NCBI GenBank assembly: GCA_010015805.1 | Contig: ML978122.1 | Coordinates: forward strand, 1,026,453 to 1,090,452 | Direction: 5' to 3' | DNA: 64,000 nt | Origin: Rhizodiscina lignyota | Lineage: Eukaryota | Part shown: positions 50,399 to 63,203 of the stretch, in pieces | Layout of the letters: each line of letters begins with the position of its first letter | How positions within the stretch are numbered: the stretch's first letter is position 1 | Notes under the pieces: generated by a model | Seen by the model: the letters and a program-made list of their open reading frames with translations, nothing else | Database searches by the model: none | What the model was told of the DNA's origin: nothing | Translations under genes and position numbers: made by a program

Positions 50399-51522
50399 TT
50401 TGTGTGGTATTGCTGAAAGATGTAGATTTGCTTGATGATGATGATTCAGGATGTAGAGTGAAGGTGATGGTGATTGCTTTGATGAGAACTGACACGAAGG
50501 GAAGCCATCTTAAATACCCTAAATCTCTTCCCTAATTCACCAAGTATAGCATCTGGATGGACACCTTCATACTGAGAGTGTTCTAAGAAAATCATGAAGC
50601 TGCTACTGATGACCCGAAAATGTGGCCTATGAGCAACGAAACGTGACATGGAGTTGGAGATATGTGATCCGAGCTTGATTCTTTTTTAGAATGACGAAAT
50701 CGAATACAGGAATATTCGCGTGTGATTAGAGGACTCTTACCTAACAACAGGCTCCTAGGGTATCTCCACTATGTGGCCAAGCGCATGGCTGTGATGGATT
50801 CACAAGGGGAAAACTGTGGAACTTTAACGCTTGGCAATTGCAACGTCTTTGCGGCTGTAGTCGCTCAAGACGTGGCTGAAGTTGATCTTAATCGAAGGTG
50901 GTTAAGAGCTTTTTGGTTGGATTCAGCTCCGACGTCGCTCGATGAGCCTCATGACGCCGCTTTCCGGAGAAATCCACGTTTGCTTATGAACGATCCAGAC
51001 TTCCCGCGAGTCACTGTGTTGGTGAAGATCATCGTCGAATACTACTATACATCTTTTGTACAAACATACGCATTTACGTATTAGAGGATATGATCTGCAG
51101 GGACCCACTTTGAGGTATAAAAATAGCTACTTCATTTATCTCGCCCGACGACAATCATCTCCATCTGCCTTTCATTCATTTTCCTATGCTTGAATAATGA
51201 CTCCACTCATTATTCGATTTCGATAGTTCTATAATTGACTCCATCATAAGTCGGGGTCTGTGACAGCGGCCACGCCGACAAGTTCAGTAGTACAATAGGT
51301 GGAGGATGAAACTACCAGAGCTGAACGCAGGGCTGTGAAGTGGCGTCTAGTTAATCAGGATGTCGAGGTCCATCGAACGAATGGAAGCCGAGTAGCCACG
51401 CGAATCATAGAAATGGCCTTCCCATTTCATTACATCCATCCACGAACCATAAAAAGAGCTACCACTGGTCCTCACATATGTTTATCTTGTCGGTTTGTTC
51501 CAACGGTTCCACACCAATTTCA

Positions 51523-52122
51523 CTAGCGATACCCGGCAGCCCGTCTCTCTTCACTGATCTTCTTTAACCCTTCAGCTCGCTCATCCAAGCCCTTTTGAAT
51601 AGTTGCACCGACAGCAAATTTGACCAACCATGCACGAATCCCGTGAAACTCCTCGTAGCTGCGGTACTCGCACTCGTCCTCGCTCACAGCCACGATCTCA
51701 TTGTACTGCCTGCAAGGTGGATGCAGCAGTGAAGGTATGCATGACCAGACTGCGCAATAAAGCTTTCCTTCTTCTGGAATTGATACCTCATTGACGACTA
51801 TATCGGATGGGGCCTCTGATCGCTTCGATGACGGTGAACTTCCTGGGAGACTGGCGAAGAAGCGGATTTTGTCGCCTTCCTTCATCTTCGAGGATTTGTT
51901 AACATGGGTAGCACTCGATCCACCCTTGGCACTACCGGCTCTTTCAAGATACTCTAATCGAGGAATATATGTGTTCCACTCAGGCCATGTCGAAGTGTCC
52001 GTGAGAAATTCGAATACGAAAAACGCTGGAGCTCGGATTTTAGTGCGAGTGTAAGGAAGAAAAACGGCTGAAATGGATGATGGAGGAAATGGAACATCCA
52101 GAGGATCGGAAGGAGAATTCAT
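51523..52122 (-). CDS. SRPBCC/polyketide cyclase-like (START-fold) protein
   Basis: I.AP...VFEFLTD.STWPEWN N-terminal motif; Y.S.EEF.G; C-terminal helix ...AEGLKKISE. Confidence 0.75.
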   Translation of the reverse strand: MNSPSDPLDVPFPPSSISAVFLPYTRTKIRAPAFFVFEFLTDTSTWPEWNTYIPRLEYLERAGSAKGGSSATHVNKSSKMKEGDKIRFFASLPGSSPSSKRSEAPSDIVVNEVSIPEEGKLYCAVWSCIPSLLHPPCRQYNEIVAVSEDECEYRSYEEFHGIRAWLVKFAVGATIQKGLDERAEGLKKISEERRAAGYR

Positions 52123-52863
52123 TTGACTGAAAGCTAGCTTTTACTGGCTTTTGGAGCGTGGCAGACTCGTGGAGTTGCATGTGGCTTTAAGGGGGCGGCA
52201 TCTCCAAATAATTGCTCCGTGTCTGACGAGGGGGGTTACACACTTTCATCTTGGCCTGCACGGAGACTCAGCTGAAAGTCCATTATGATAAGTAGCCATA
52301 CGAGCCACAGATCATAAAGGTTACCAGCTGAACTTCGAGTTGCGAAGCTTAGGACTCAGATCGGGTCTGAACATGGGAAGGCTTCATATGTTCCCAAGGA
52401 TAGGTAGGGTACTGCAAAGGTACGATTCCATAATAGCTTACCAAGACTTATTTTGCCATTTCGAGACCAGATTCAGACACTATATATAAAGATAAATTCA
52501 ATGTGTGACCCTTGGTTATCTAGACGCATTTTTGGTGGAATTAGAGGTGGTGTCAAACTCTGGCCTCAAACGCTCAGTTTATGGAAAAGACCAGACGAAG
52601 CTTAGCGCCAAGTTCTGTAATATTTCACTATTAACGGACTAGCGCATAATTTTCAAAGTTTCTGCTGTGCGAACTCCTGTTTTATTCGTCACCGAAAGTC
52701 TCTAACTTCTTTATAGCGCAGTTCTGCACTTATTCATCAAGGAGCGTAGCAATTTCAAGAGCATGAAGAATGTACAATAGTTCCTGGAAGCGTCCATACT
52801 CGAGCACGAGCGGAATAGCATTTTGCTTCATCAGCGATTGAGCTGTCCTGTTTCGATTGGGAC

Positions 52864-54363
52864 ATGCAAACCCACCGCAAAGCTGTTGCAGAGATAGCTG
52901 CAACAGTACGGTCCCATTTCGAACGAAATGAATCTTTCAGGATAAACCATGGCTCCACAAACAGTACGCGTCAAATGGCGCGACGGGGCCGGACAGTCGA
53001 CATCAGTGCGCTCTCTAACGTCCTCCAAGTTGATACGCAGAAGAAGACAGCATTGGTAGAACCCAACGTTCCCATGGACCGACTTGTTGAGGCAACAATG
53101 AAACATAACCTCATCCCACCCGTGGTTATGGAGTTCCCTGGCATTACTGTTGGCGGAGGCTATGCAGGCACTGCAGGGGAAAGCAGCTCGTTCAAGCATG
53201 GCTTCTTCAATGAAACGATGAATTCGGTGGAGATGGTTCTGGCCAGCGGAGATCTCATCACAGCGTCTAATTCCGAGCACTCAGATCTCTTTCACGGGGC
53301 AGCGGGTGCTGTTGGAAGCTTTGGAATCACCACTCTGGTCGAGCTCCAGCTGATCCGGGCAAAGAAATATGTCAAGGCAACCTATCATCCAGTACATGCT
53401 GTCCCGGAGGCACTGGAAAAGGTTAAAGAGATGGTCCAAGATCCTGAATTGGATTATGTGGACGGCATCCTATTTTCCAAAACACACGGTGCCATCATTA
53501 CCGGACAGTTGACAGATGATCTACCATCAGCATCTGAAATCCAACGCTTCAGCCGGGCGAATGATCCCTGGTACTATCTACATGTCCAGGATAGAACCTC
53601 GCAATCCCCAGGAAAACCCATCGTCGAGTATATTCCAACAGCCGATTACTGCTTTCGCTATGATCGAGGCGGATTTTGGGTCGGCCGTTCCGCTTTCCAA
53701 TATTTCAATTTCCCATTCAACAGCTTCACGCGATGGTGGTTGGACGAATTCATGCATACTCGGATGTTATACAGAGCGCTCCATGCCAGTGGACAGTCAA
53801 GGAAGTATGTGGTGCAAGACCTGGCGCTTCCTTTTTCAACCGCCGAGACATTCATCAACTACACGGATCAGTCTTTTGGAATTTGGCCACTCTGGTTATG
53901 TCCGCTACGACAAAGCCGCCTTCCGACGCTTCATCCTCACAATCCTGAGACGGAGCCGGACGGAAAGTCGTTAAAACCGCTGATAAACATCGGACTTTGG
54001 GGCTGGGGTCCATCTAACCCTCGGGAGTTCATCGCGAAGAATAGAGAACTAGAGCAGAAGCTGCGCGAATTAGGCGGAATGAAGTGGCTCTACGCACAAA
54101 CATATTACGGGGAAGACGAATTCTGGCAAATGTTCGATCGCCAATGGTACGAAGCCCTTCGAGAGAAGTACAACGCCAAATCTTTACCAAGTGTTTGGAA
54201 TAAAGTGCACGTCGATGTTGAGGCGGAAGAGGCAGCCATAGCCGGATCGTGGAGCGGATGGCTGAAGTCGGTCTGGCCTGTCAGTGGCATCTGGGGGTTA
54301 TATAAAGCGATTCAGAGCGGTGAATATCTGATTGCGAGACGTTCGACATGGAAGTCCACTTGA
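52864..54363 (+). CDS. Delta(24)-sterol reductase-like (DHCR24/DWF1) FAD-binding oxidoreductase
   Basis: Motifs VEPNVPMD, PVVMEFPGITVGG, GESSSFKHG, YCFRYDRG.FW, WPLWLCP and KWLYAQTYY. Intronless. Confidence 0.9.
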   Translation: MQTHRKAVAEIAATVRSHFERNESFRINHGSTNSTRQMARRGRTVDISALSNVLQVDTQKKTALVEPNVPMDRLVEATMKHNLIPPVVMEFPGITVGGGYAGTAGESSSFKHGFFNETMNSVEMVLASGDLITASNSEHSDLFHGAAGAVGSFGITTLVELQLIRAKKYVKATYHPVHAVPEALEKVKEMVQDPELDYVDGILFSKTHGAIITGQLTDDLPSASEIQRFSRANDPWYYLHVQDRTSQSPGKPIVEYIPTADYCFRYDRGGFWVGRSAFQYFNFPFNSFTRWWLDEFMHTRMLYRALHASGQSRKYVVQDLALPFSTAETFINYTDQSFGIWPLWLCPLRQSRLPTLHPHNPETEPDGKSLKPLINIGLWGWGPSNPREFIAKNRELEQKLRELGGMKWLYAQTYYGEDEFWQMFDRQWYEALREKYNAKSLPSVWNKVHVDVEAEEAAIAGSWSGWLKSVWPVSGIWGLYKAIQSGEYLIARRSTWKST

Positions 54364-55069
54364 TTACAATTGCAGCACCTTCTCAGTGGTCTGCATTGGT
54401 GTGTATCTTCAGCCGGCCAGCTCTGCTCCTCTTGGCCGGCTCTTTTCTGCATCAGTTGCCTTATACCCCAATCAAAGAGCCCCTTCGGAGATGTATATTA
54501 CTAGACATTATATCTAACGGCGGTTATTTCCAGTCGTAGGAATAGATTGTACCACATCAGTCATAATGTTAAATGGAACTATCATATATAGTCGTAAGGT
54601 CGAATTTTGGGTTTTCTGTCAGAGGTAAATAATGAAGATTCTCATCGTATGATTTCGCTAAATATAAAGTGCCTCTTCTTCAGCCTCGACCGTCGTGTAT
54701 CTACACATTTGGACACAGCAGAAACCACCTGTGGCCCACCTCTACGATAAAATGACTTTCACTGGTCACTACGACTACCTATGCATGCTTGGAGCTGCCT
54801 CGACACCATAACAGATGCCCCAAAATGCCGCTAACCCCGCAGAACGTCATTAGCTGCATTTGCTTGGAGCTACGCCCCGCGGGATGGAAGCTCAAGACAT
54901 TCCCGAATCACAAGATAGCAGATTTTGTAATCAAATCGAAGTGACCTCTCTTTACACGTCCCCAATTGATCAAATATCTTCAGCTCCATTCCAGGATATC
55001 GCGCTCTCTCTCAGCCCGTAACTACCTAACCTCTCTTCACCATCGTCACCAGACTCACCAACCGCGATA

Positions 55070-55759
55070 ATGACGTACGACTCCACCATCTCCTTCACGC
55101 TCGACACCATCTGCCCCTGGACCTACCTCGCCTACCGCCGCCTCACCTCCGCCCTCTCCAAGTACGCCGACGCGAACCCCTCCTCCCCTGCTACATTCCA
55201 CCTCAAGTTCATACCCTACCAGCTCTACCCCGAAGTGTCGAAAGAGGGGGAGGGCAAGTACGAGTGGTATAAGCGCGAGAAGTACCAAGACTCGGACGAG
55301 CTGATGCGCAAGTACACGGCGGTGATGGGCGCGTACGGGCGTGGGTGCAGTCCGCCGATTCATTTCAAGTTCGGTGGCACTGTCGCGAACACGTTGGACG
55401 CGCATCGGGTGATACAGCATTTCCAGGAGGAGAAGGGGGAGGCGGTCGCGATGGGGATTGTGGGCAGTTTGTACAGGCAGTATTTCGAGGAGGAGCGGCA
55501 TCCTGCCTCAGAGGAGACGCTGGTTAAGGCGTGTGTGGAGGCGGGGGTTCCAGAGGCGGATGCGAAGGCATTCGTAGAGGACGAGTATGAGGGCTTACAG
55601 GAGACGAAGATGGCGATTAGCGACCAAAACCAGAATGGGATCGATGCTGTGCCGCATGTTGTGTTTGAAGGGAAGAGACGAGATATATCACTCACAGGTG
55701 CAAAGGAGGTAGATCAGTACATCAAAACTATGGACAAGATCGCGCAGGAGAGCGGATGA
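55070..55759 (+). CDS. DsbA/FrnE-like thioredoxin-fold protein
   Basis: Motifs DTICPWTY, PYQLYP, NTLDAHR and GIDAVP (cis-Pro loop). Confidence 0.88.
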   Translation: MTYDSTISFTLDTICPWTYLAYRRLTSALSKYADANPSSPATFHLKFIPYQLYPEVSKEGEGKYEWYKREKYQDSDELMRKYTAVMGAYGRGCSPPIHFKFGGTVANTLDAHRVIQHFQEEKGEAVAMGIVGSLYRQYFEEERHPASEETLVKACVEAGVPEADAKAFVEDEYEGLQETKMAISDQNQNGIDAVPHVVFEGKRRDISLTGAKEVDQYIKTMDKIAQESG

Positions 55760-55958
55760 AATTAGTAGCAGCATATCTGGAATTTGCATGACTCGGTGAT
55801 TACTTTGATTTCGCGTGCTAAGGCATATAGTAGAGAAGTCGCAGAATAACGGCAATCTCTGAGTGTAGTTCGTACACATCCAACAGCGGGTATGCTCCCC
55901 CGGAACGCCAGGTCATTATTTACACCATCGATGTGCTCGCCGAGATGAGGGGGGTTCG

Positions 55959-58827
55959 TCAAAAGTCGTATCCTGCCGCAACTCCTGGCGCCGGTCCCTC
56001 CAGGTCGACTCTCTCAACTCCACTCTTCACCTCTCCACTCTCTCGTACCAGGTTACTAAAGTATTTCCTGGCAACGTCACTCTCATACCTTAGTTTGTCC
56101 GTCTCTTCTTTCTTCCCTTGCAGCTTTTCGAAGTTGCGCTGCAAGCCGACTCGCAAGTCGCCAGCGGGATAGCGCAGTGCCCGCCGGACCTCCTTTGCAA
56201 TACGCGCAGAGTTTTCGTGGGTGTAGTCAAGACGATTGAGCTCTGAAGAGAGTTTCGCGGATAGACGACGAGGTAGAGATTGTGGGATTGATGCCAGAGC
56301 ATATGATGCAGCAAGGACGACTGCAAATATTAGTTCGGCCCAACAAAGGATACAATTGGCGTGGGCAATGCTTACCTGTTAAGACGATACCTGGGATAAC
56401 CATTCTCCTCAGATTCTGAGTGCCCATTACCTTTCCGACCGCCAGCGCACTATCAATCCAGTGAGTACCGCCCATCAGTCTTCCGCCAACAACGCCGGCG
56501 ACGGTGAGGGCCATGCTAGTTCCAGCGATTTTTTCTTGTCTCTCCCACAGATTGGCAAAGTCGAAGAAGTCAGCAAGCTCAACGTCGAAATCAACCTGTT
56601 TGGCCAAGAGGTCCTTTCGGCGCATGAACATTTGATCGGCGCGGAAGGTGAACTCTGCAAAGCCATTGCCCAGATGCAGTAGTCCTAGATTCTTAATAGT
56701 GTTGACACCCTGAATTGTTCGTTGACGAGCGTGTTCCTCACAGGATGACACCGTGTCGACAATCTCTTGGAGCATGGCGGCTTTGATGTCATCCGCATAC
56801 TCATACGCAGACAGAAGACCAGGATACTGTATTCCGAGGTCCCGCACGCCGACATTGCCGATGACTTCGTCAAGGGTTTTGCGCGTTTGGTCATAGATCT
56901 CTTGAGCTCCATCCTCGACTTCCTTGTTCGCGTCCTCTCCGGCCTCCGATGTGGCTTTCTTTGATTGGTCGAGTTGAGGGACGAGGTCCTGCAGCTCCTT
57001 TGTGACGCGATCTAGCTCTGACTGTGCTACGTCCCGATTAACTGTAGCCAGACTCTGCAAATCTCCCAAAACATTCATAAGGTACGTCTTTGCAGGGGCG
57101 AGCTTGGATCGCGCACGCTTCTCGAGGACAAAACGACGCAGGGAGGCCTCTAGCTCTGCGAAGTCACGCAGCTTTTCCTTTTCCTTCCCCTTGCCTTTCT
57201 CACCAGGCGATCCAGGCTCTCCATGCTTTCTTGTCTCATCGTCATCGTCTTCTGGCTCATCGTCGGGACTCGGGAAGTCTGGGCCAGACCCACTTCCTCC
57301 ACCTCCACCACTTCCGTCTGGTGGGCCGGGTAATTCTGCTGGCGCGACAGGTATTGCGTTCGACGAAACAAAATGCACCAATTCTGATGACTCCTTGAAA
57401 GTAGCTGGACTCAGTTGGTGGACCTGCTTCAGAATCATTTCTTGACACCTTCTCTTATCGCGTATATTGTCGAAGCCGTTGACAACCATGAAAATATATG
57501 CCTTTTCCATTGCCGCATTGAAGACAAACTCCCTGGCGCTCTGTGTGAAATGATTCGCAGCGGACACAACGAAGACTACGACGTCAATTTCTTCCTGGCG
57601 CGCGAATACAGCGGTGGTTTTGAGACTGTCGGCGTTCAAGCCAGGAGCATCGATTAAAGCAATATCGACGACGCCATTGTTCAGTAGGCTCTCATCGACG
57701 GCGCGGATGTCCTTCACGTAGACCTTGCATTGGCTGTACTTCTCGTTATCCGTGACGATCTGCTCCAATTGCTTGAGAGCGTAGACATGATAGGTGCTTT
57801 CGTTGTTCCGGTCATATATCATATTGATGGGAACAGCATGGACTTCTTCAATGCCACCGTTTTCTCGAGAGTCCAACACCTCACAGAATATTGATGTGCA
57901 CGGTTGTTGGTCTTCTGGCAGGACTTTGCGGCGGAGAAGGGCGTTGCAGAAGGTCGATTTGCCGGCATTGAGATCGCCAGTAACGAGGACTTTGCTTGAG
58001 GTGTCTTCGATACGCTCACGGAGAGAGTAGAGATGACGAATTGTTTTGACGATTTGACCATCCAGAAGAGCAGCGATGGATTGCTTCTCGAGAGAGTGGA
58101 CGAGGTCTGTCTGCGATGCAGCACCTAATTTCAGATCAAGCTTGAGAATCGAAAAGTCTTGAGCTAGTTGAGGCGAGACTAATCGTGGCTCCGGTACTGA
58201 GCGCTTTTCTGCTGTAGAACTTGACTCGCCATGCGTGCCATCATCACCTATTGATGTTTCTGCTCTTCGAGGAGCACTTGGTCGACTAGGAGATGCTTGC
58301 TGCGGCTCTTGTGTGGGTTCAAGGGTCGATTGGGTGTGTTGGAGGTTAGGCCGTGAAAAGCGTCGCTCAGCTGGTGCTTGTTCGGGTGCTCTTTGAACAG
58401 AAGGGTAGTGCGCAGGCCATTGTTTGTTCATCTCTTGCAACTTCTTCAATGTCTCGACCGTCCTGGTGATGGCTCTTCCCAGTGCAGTCTTGTTCTGATT
58501 GTAGTACAGTTGATGAACATGGCTCGCCAATATCTTCCTGTCGTTGTCTCCTATCGCATTCGGCTCACCAGGCGTATGAATGGGTGTATATCTGTCTCCC
58601 GTCATTCCAGGGTGGAATCCACTCGCGACGCTCCCATCGCCATCGGTGATGCTGCCACCATACCCTGAATCATCCAATATTGACTGCAAACGACGCGCAC
58701 TCTCTGAAGTCCCACCAGTGCCGACAGTCATGTAATTTGGTCTTCGATAACCACCATTCTGCGGTTGTTCGTCCGGTGGCACCCGCGACGAGCCACCAGC
58801 GGAAGACGATGCTTCCTCCTGGCTCAT
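55959..58827 (-). CDS. FZO1: Mitofusin, transmembrane GTPase Fzo1
   Basis: Motifs TGDLNAGKSTFCNALL, DQQPCT, DAPGLN and VVNGFD; TM region. Intron 56321-56375 joins the final exon in frame. Confidence 0.95.
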
Positions 58828-59784
58828 GATGACGTTCGTAGAGGAGTAGTCGCGCTACATGAGGTGAAGGGCAATGTGAATTGTGAATTGCAGGTTTGAG
58901 GTTGTTTTGAACGGGCGCGAAAAATCAAGGAGGATCCATGGCATGATGATCGCATTTCCTCGTCCGCCACTCACCCCAGCTCACTGCCAAGCTCCACCCC
59001 GAAGGGGCATGGCGCAGCCAGCTCCCCCGACGCTGCTTTTACGCCGCTAGAGCCCTAGTAAGCAGGCACTTAAGGTAAAAGCAATAGTATTAAAAAAGTT
59101 ATAAAAGAAAGTTATAAATAAAAAGCCTTTATAGCCGAATATAGTAAATTTACTATATACACGAATATCTAAAGAGTCTAAGTAGGGTACTTGGGGCCGG
59201 GGTTGTTCCGGCTCCGGGCCGCGTGTTTCCGGCCTGGCTCTAGGGCTGCGCCGAGCACTTCTTTACAAAGGTAGTCCTCGTTGCGACAAAGCGGTTTCCC
59301 GACAAACATTCGGTCCGAGGTTAAGGCAATGATAGACATGGGTCTATTCGCCCGAGAGACGTTTTCGGGAGGTTCAAGGTTTGAGCCAGGGCGAGCGAGG
59401 TCTCGTCTTTGGTGACATTGCTCCTCTCCAGGTACTACATGCTGTTCCAGCATCATCTCGCACCACCGAAGAGCAATTTCTATCTCTTCTCACTCAATTG
59501 TCTGTTCCTTTTAGCTTCTGCCATATCAAGTCCGTAACGACTATAAACTACTACGAATCTTCTCCTTTTGGCATGCACTCCCTTGTCGCTGTCGCGCGAA
59601 AGTTCGTAGTCAGGCATCCCAGTATCTAAGCTGACAGCTAGGTATTAAGCATATCTCAAATCGTGGTCTTCTAACATTAGGTTTTTTCCAGTCTCGGCCA
59701 TAGGACGGAGTATCTCACAGAAAAAGGCAGTTTTAGGGCTTAGAAAGTTGGAGAGAAAGTTCTCGCGCTCTAGACGAGCTAAAG

Positions 59785-59890
59785 CTTCTCTCTCACTCTT
59801 ACTCTTCCTCACTCAGACACACTCTCTTTTCCTTACTCACATACATACTCTCTTCCTCATTCTCTCTCTATACCTTTCTCTACCTCTAGC
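59785..59890. repeat. CT-rich degenerate tandem repeat (about 24-nt period)
   Basis: Minus-strand units aggaagagagtatgtatgtgagta / aggaaaagagagtgtgtctgagtg / aggaagagtaagagtgag. Confidence 0.45.
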
Positions 59891-59997
59891 TCAACTCTTA
59901 AGTCAACGTGAGCTAGAAGTGTTATCATCCCAAACCTTGACCGGCGCTGGCTGACGTAAGGCAGTCAGTCTAAATGCCGCTTTGGCTACTTAGGAAC

Positions 59998-61901
59998 ATG
60001 AACGGCCGTGTAAGTTCTTCCGTATTGACCAAAACTCGCCGAGTGACACTGATGCCTGAGCTTTGGTAGCGAGAAGCCCATATCCCTCTATCGAACTACA
60101 AAGTCTCTTATACTGGCAACAGCATCGAACATCGACTGAGTAAGGCGTTTACTCTCCTTACAGGACCTCTATCGCCCCTCGGTCGCCGATTCCGGATCCT
60201 GCTCTTATTAAGCGGTGTGGCCTTAGTCCTCTTAAATTTCGCTGTCTACCCGCATAGTATCGCGACGAGCGGAGTAGAAAGCGAGCATTATGAATCTCTC
60301 GACACTGTTCATTTGGACCACCTAGCTGCTCCACTCAGAGGTTACAAGTCCAGTAGCATTGGCAATGAAAACACTTTCATTATCGGCGAGCATCACGCAG
60401 TCTCAGGCAACTATCCAAAGGACTATCAGTGGATTGACTCTTACTCGAAGCAGCCCTTTAAAGAGGTCATGAGGGAAAACGGCATGAATAATAACGCGAT
60501 GGGAAGGATGCCAGCAGGGAGCCCATATGATGTATTAGTCGTAGCGAGAGGATGGAATGACAAGTATAATGACCCAACGGAGAATATCCCGTACGTTAAT
60601 CTCACTATTGTTGGGTAAGTACTTGCCACTACTACAACGCTAGATGGCGTATGTCTCATCTCGAACAGCTTCTTCGCCAATTACGACCCGACAAAGGAGG
60701 AGTGGCGGAGGGCGGGACCCGAACCGTATGTTCTCGACCTCCCTGTCTGGAGGCAGTTTCCGCGGCCTTGTTCGAACCTCGTCAATGGTGGACCTGCAGA
60801 CCCACGATTTATCTGGTCCGACGCGGGCGAGCCCCTCGCGATTATCGGGACGAGCTCAAGGGTTCCGGGTGTATGCAAAGCCGTCGGGCTCGTCGACCTA
60901 CGTGCTGTCTGGCCCGGCTTACAACAACACCTCTCTGAGTTAGGGTACGGCGACATCCCGATTACGTTCGACACTTTCACCGAGGTCGGCAAGGCAAGCA
61001 AGAAACAGCACTATGAGAAGAACTGGGCGGCTTTTTTTCCTGGCCCTAAGCCCGCTACGCGAGAGCTGCCTTGGTTCTCATCCCTTTTCACATCCGGGCG
61101 AACGCATCTTGGAGACTCGACGTGGCCCCTCTTCGTGTCTCAGGTCGCTCATCGAACCGTTCTCGAGGTAAACAGTGCTCTTGACACGAGAGAGAGGTCG
61201 CCAGATTCTTATATCTTAGCTGACGAGATCGATCTCTCTATGCGCATCAACAACACGCTCCTAATTGCGGATGCGAGTTGTCTAATACGTTCGCTACCGC
61301 GTAAATGGCAGCCAGAGAAACTCCATCTAGCAACGCCATTCTACCGCGTCACGTTCTGTGCTCGTGGCACATGTGTCCCAAGCACGCGGAACACAGTACT
61401 TCTAGGTCTTATACACTATAAGAAAACAGATAGAAGTTATCGTAGGTGAGCAATATTCCTGACTGCATAGATATGCATATAGGAATATTTATTGACTGTA
61501 ACGGTCGTTCTAGAATGTTCGTCACAATGAGCACCAAAGCACCTTACCAGTTCCTGTCCGTGTCGCCACCGCTCCATTTTGGTGAGTGTACTAGTCGTCT
61601 ACACGTATGCACAGAGTTAAAAGCTGATTCATCGAACTTAAAAGGTTCTGTTGAGAGAGACAATGACGTCGTCTTTTCGGTCTCCATGGCTTTCCTACCC
61701 ACCAAGAACAAGCCGGAGCTAGTAGCAGGCGAATTCCCATTCAGAGAATCGCAGGACGCTCCAGGAGGTTATCTTAGCCATGGATGGCTAGATGATACCA
61801 TCATCGTTGGCGCAGGACTCCGTGATGAGGCGTACGGTAGTATCCACCTACCTGTCACTACTGCCTTGAGCGGCCACAGTATATGCCATAGCGGGTTCTA
61901 A
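59998..61901 (+). CDS. Type II membrane protein with GT91/GH130-like beta-propeller motifs (putative glycosyltransferase or glycoside phosphorylase-like)
   Basis: MNGR plus introns 60010-60069, 60616-60668, 61446-61513 and 61582-61644 gives one continuous frame. TM RRFRILLLLSGVALVLLNFAVY; motifs GPADPRFIW, EKNW, HLAT and HGWLDD. Confidence 0.7.
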
Positions 61902-62292
61902 GATACACTTAAGTGGCTTCAGGGCTCTACAGAGAATTTTTGCGGTTTATATACCCTTCAGTAGATTTATCGTGGGATGGCTTACTTCAATTTGGCTTTA
62001 TTCCTATATGTGATTTACACCGAGCAGTCCTCCGAGGTAGAATAGGAAGAAAGAGCGTGACGAAAGTGCGTGAGAGAGGGAAGTGAAGTACTCGATGCCA
62101 AGACGCGTAAAAGCGGCCGGTCACGGGATTGCAGAACTTGAGCCAACCACGAAATCTAGGGCTCTACATGCCAAGCTAGCGGCTGCGGAGCTTCCCGAAC
62201 TACGCCGCTGGTGAACTGCTAGGCTCACCATATATCTTAGCTGGCAATTTGTCTTCTACATTGTCCTCTACCATTGGCACTGCATAGCCACG

Positions 62293-63203
62293 ATGAATGT
62301 GAGCTACATGTTCTCATTTCGAAATTCTATTTGCTGACCACTATCTTCTAGATCGTAGAATGGGCATTCGGCAAGCGCATGACGCCGGCGGAGCGGCTGC
62401 GGAAGCATCAGCGAGCTTTGGAGAAGACACAACGAGAGCTTGACCGCGAGCGTGTGAAGCTGGAGAATCAGGAGAAGAAACTGGTGCAAGATATCAAGAA
62501 GAGCGCGAAGAATGGGCAGACGGGGCCGTTAAGGATACAAGCAAAAGACCTGGTGCGAACAAGAAGGTATGCATTATCAGCAGGTTCAGCACTGAGCAGC
62601 AGGAATAATTTTCTGTACTTTGCTACTCAATTGTGCTAATAAAACTGTCAGATACATCCAGAAATTCTACCAAATGCGGACACAACTTCAAGCGATTTCC
62701 CTGCGTATCCAGGTAATCCACCCCACTTCTTTGCAATACTTCTACTGACGATAGTCTAGACAGTTCGAAGTAACGAGCAGATGATGCAATCGATGAAAGG
62801 CGCGACAACGCTACTCGGCAGCATGAACCGGCAGATGAACCTACCTGCGCTGCAACGGATTGCAATGGAGTTCGAGAAGGAGAACGACATAATGGATCAG
62901 CGGCAAGAGATGATGGATGATGCGATAGATGATGTGACTGGGCTAGAGGACGAAGAGGAGAGCGAAGAGGTCGTGAACCAGGTGCTGGATGAAATTGGAG
63001 TCGACCTTGGCCAAGCTGTAAGTCTCCAAGTTGTCTATATTGCAATTACGTCGAAAGGCATGCTAACAACTTATCAGCTTGGCGAGACACCCTCAGGACT
63101 GCAGAAGAACACGGAATCCGAAGGGAGGATAGCACAAGCAGTAGGAGGAGGCGATCCAGGTGACGATGATCTCCAAGCCAGACTGGACAGTCTGCGGAAA
63201 TAA
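62293..63203 (+). CDS. DID4: ESCRT-III subunit Did4/Vps2 (CHMP2A)
   Basis: Spliced MN|IVEWAFGKRMTPAERLRKHQRAL...AKDLVRTRR|YIQKF...; C-terminal MIM1 DDDLQARLDSLRK. Four introns. Confidence 0.95.

Noticed and set aside
50722..51084. 120-aa plus-strand ORF
   Set aside because: Non-ATG start and no recognisable family or convincing gene model.
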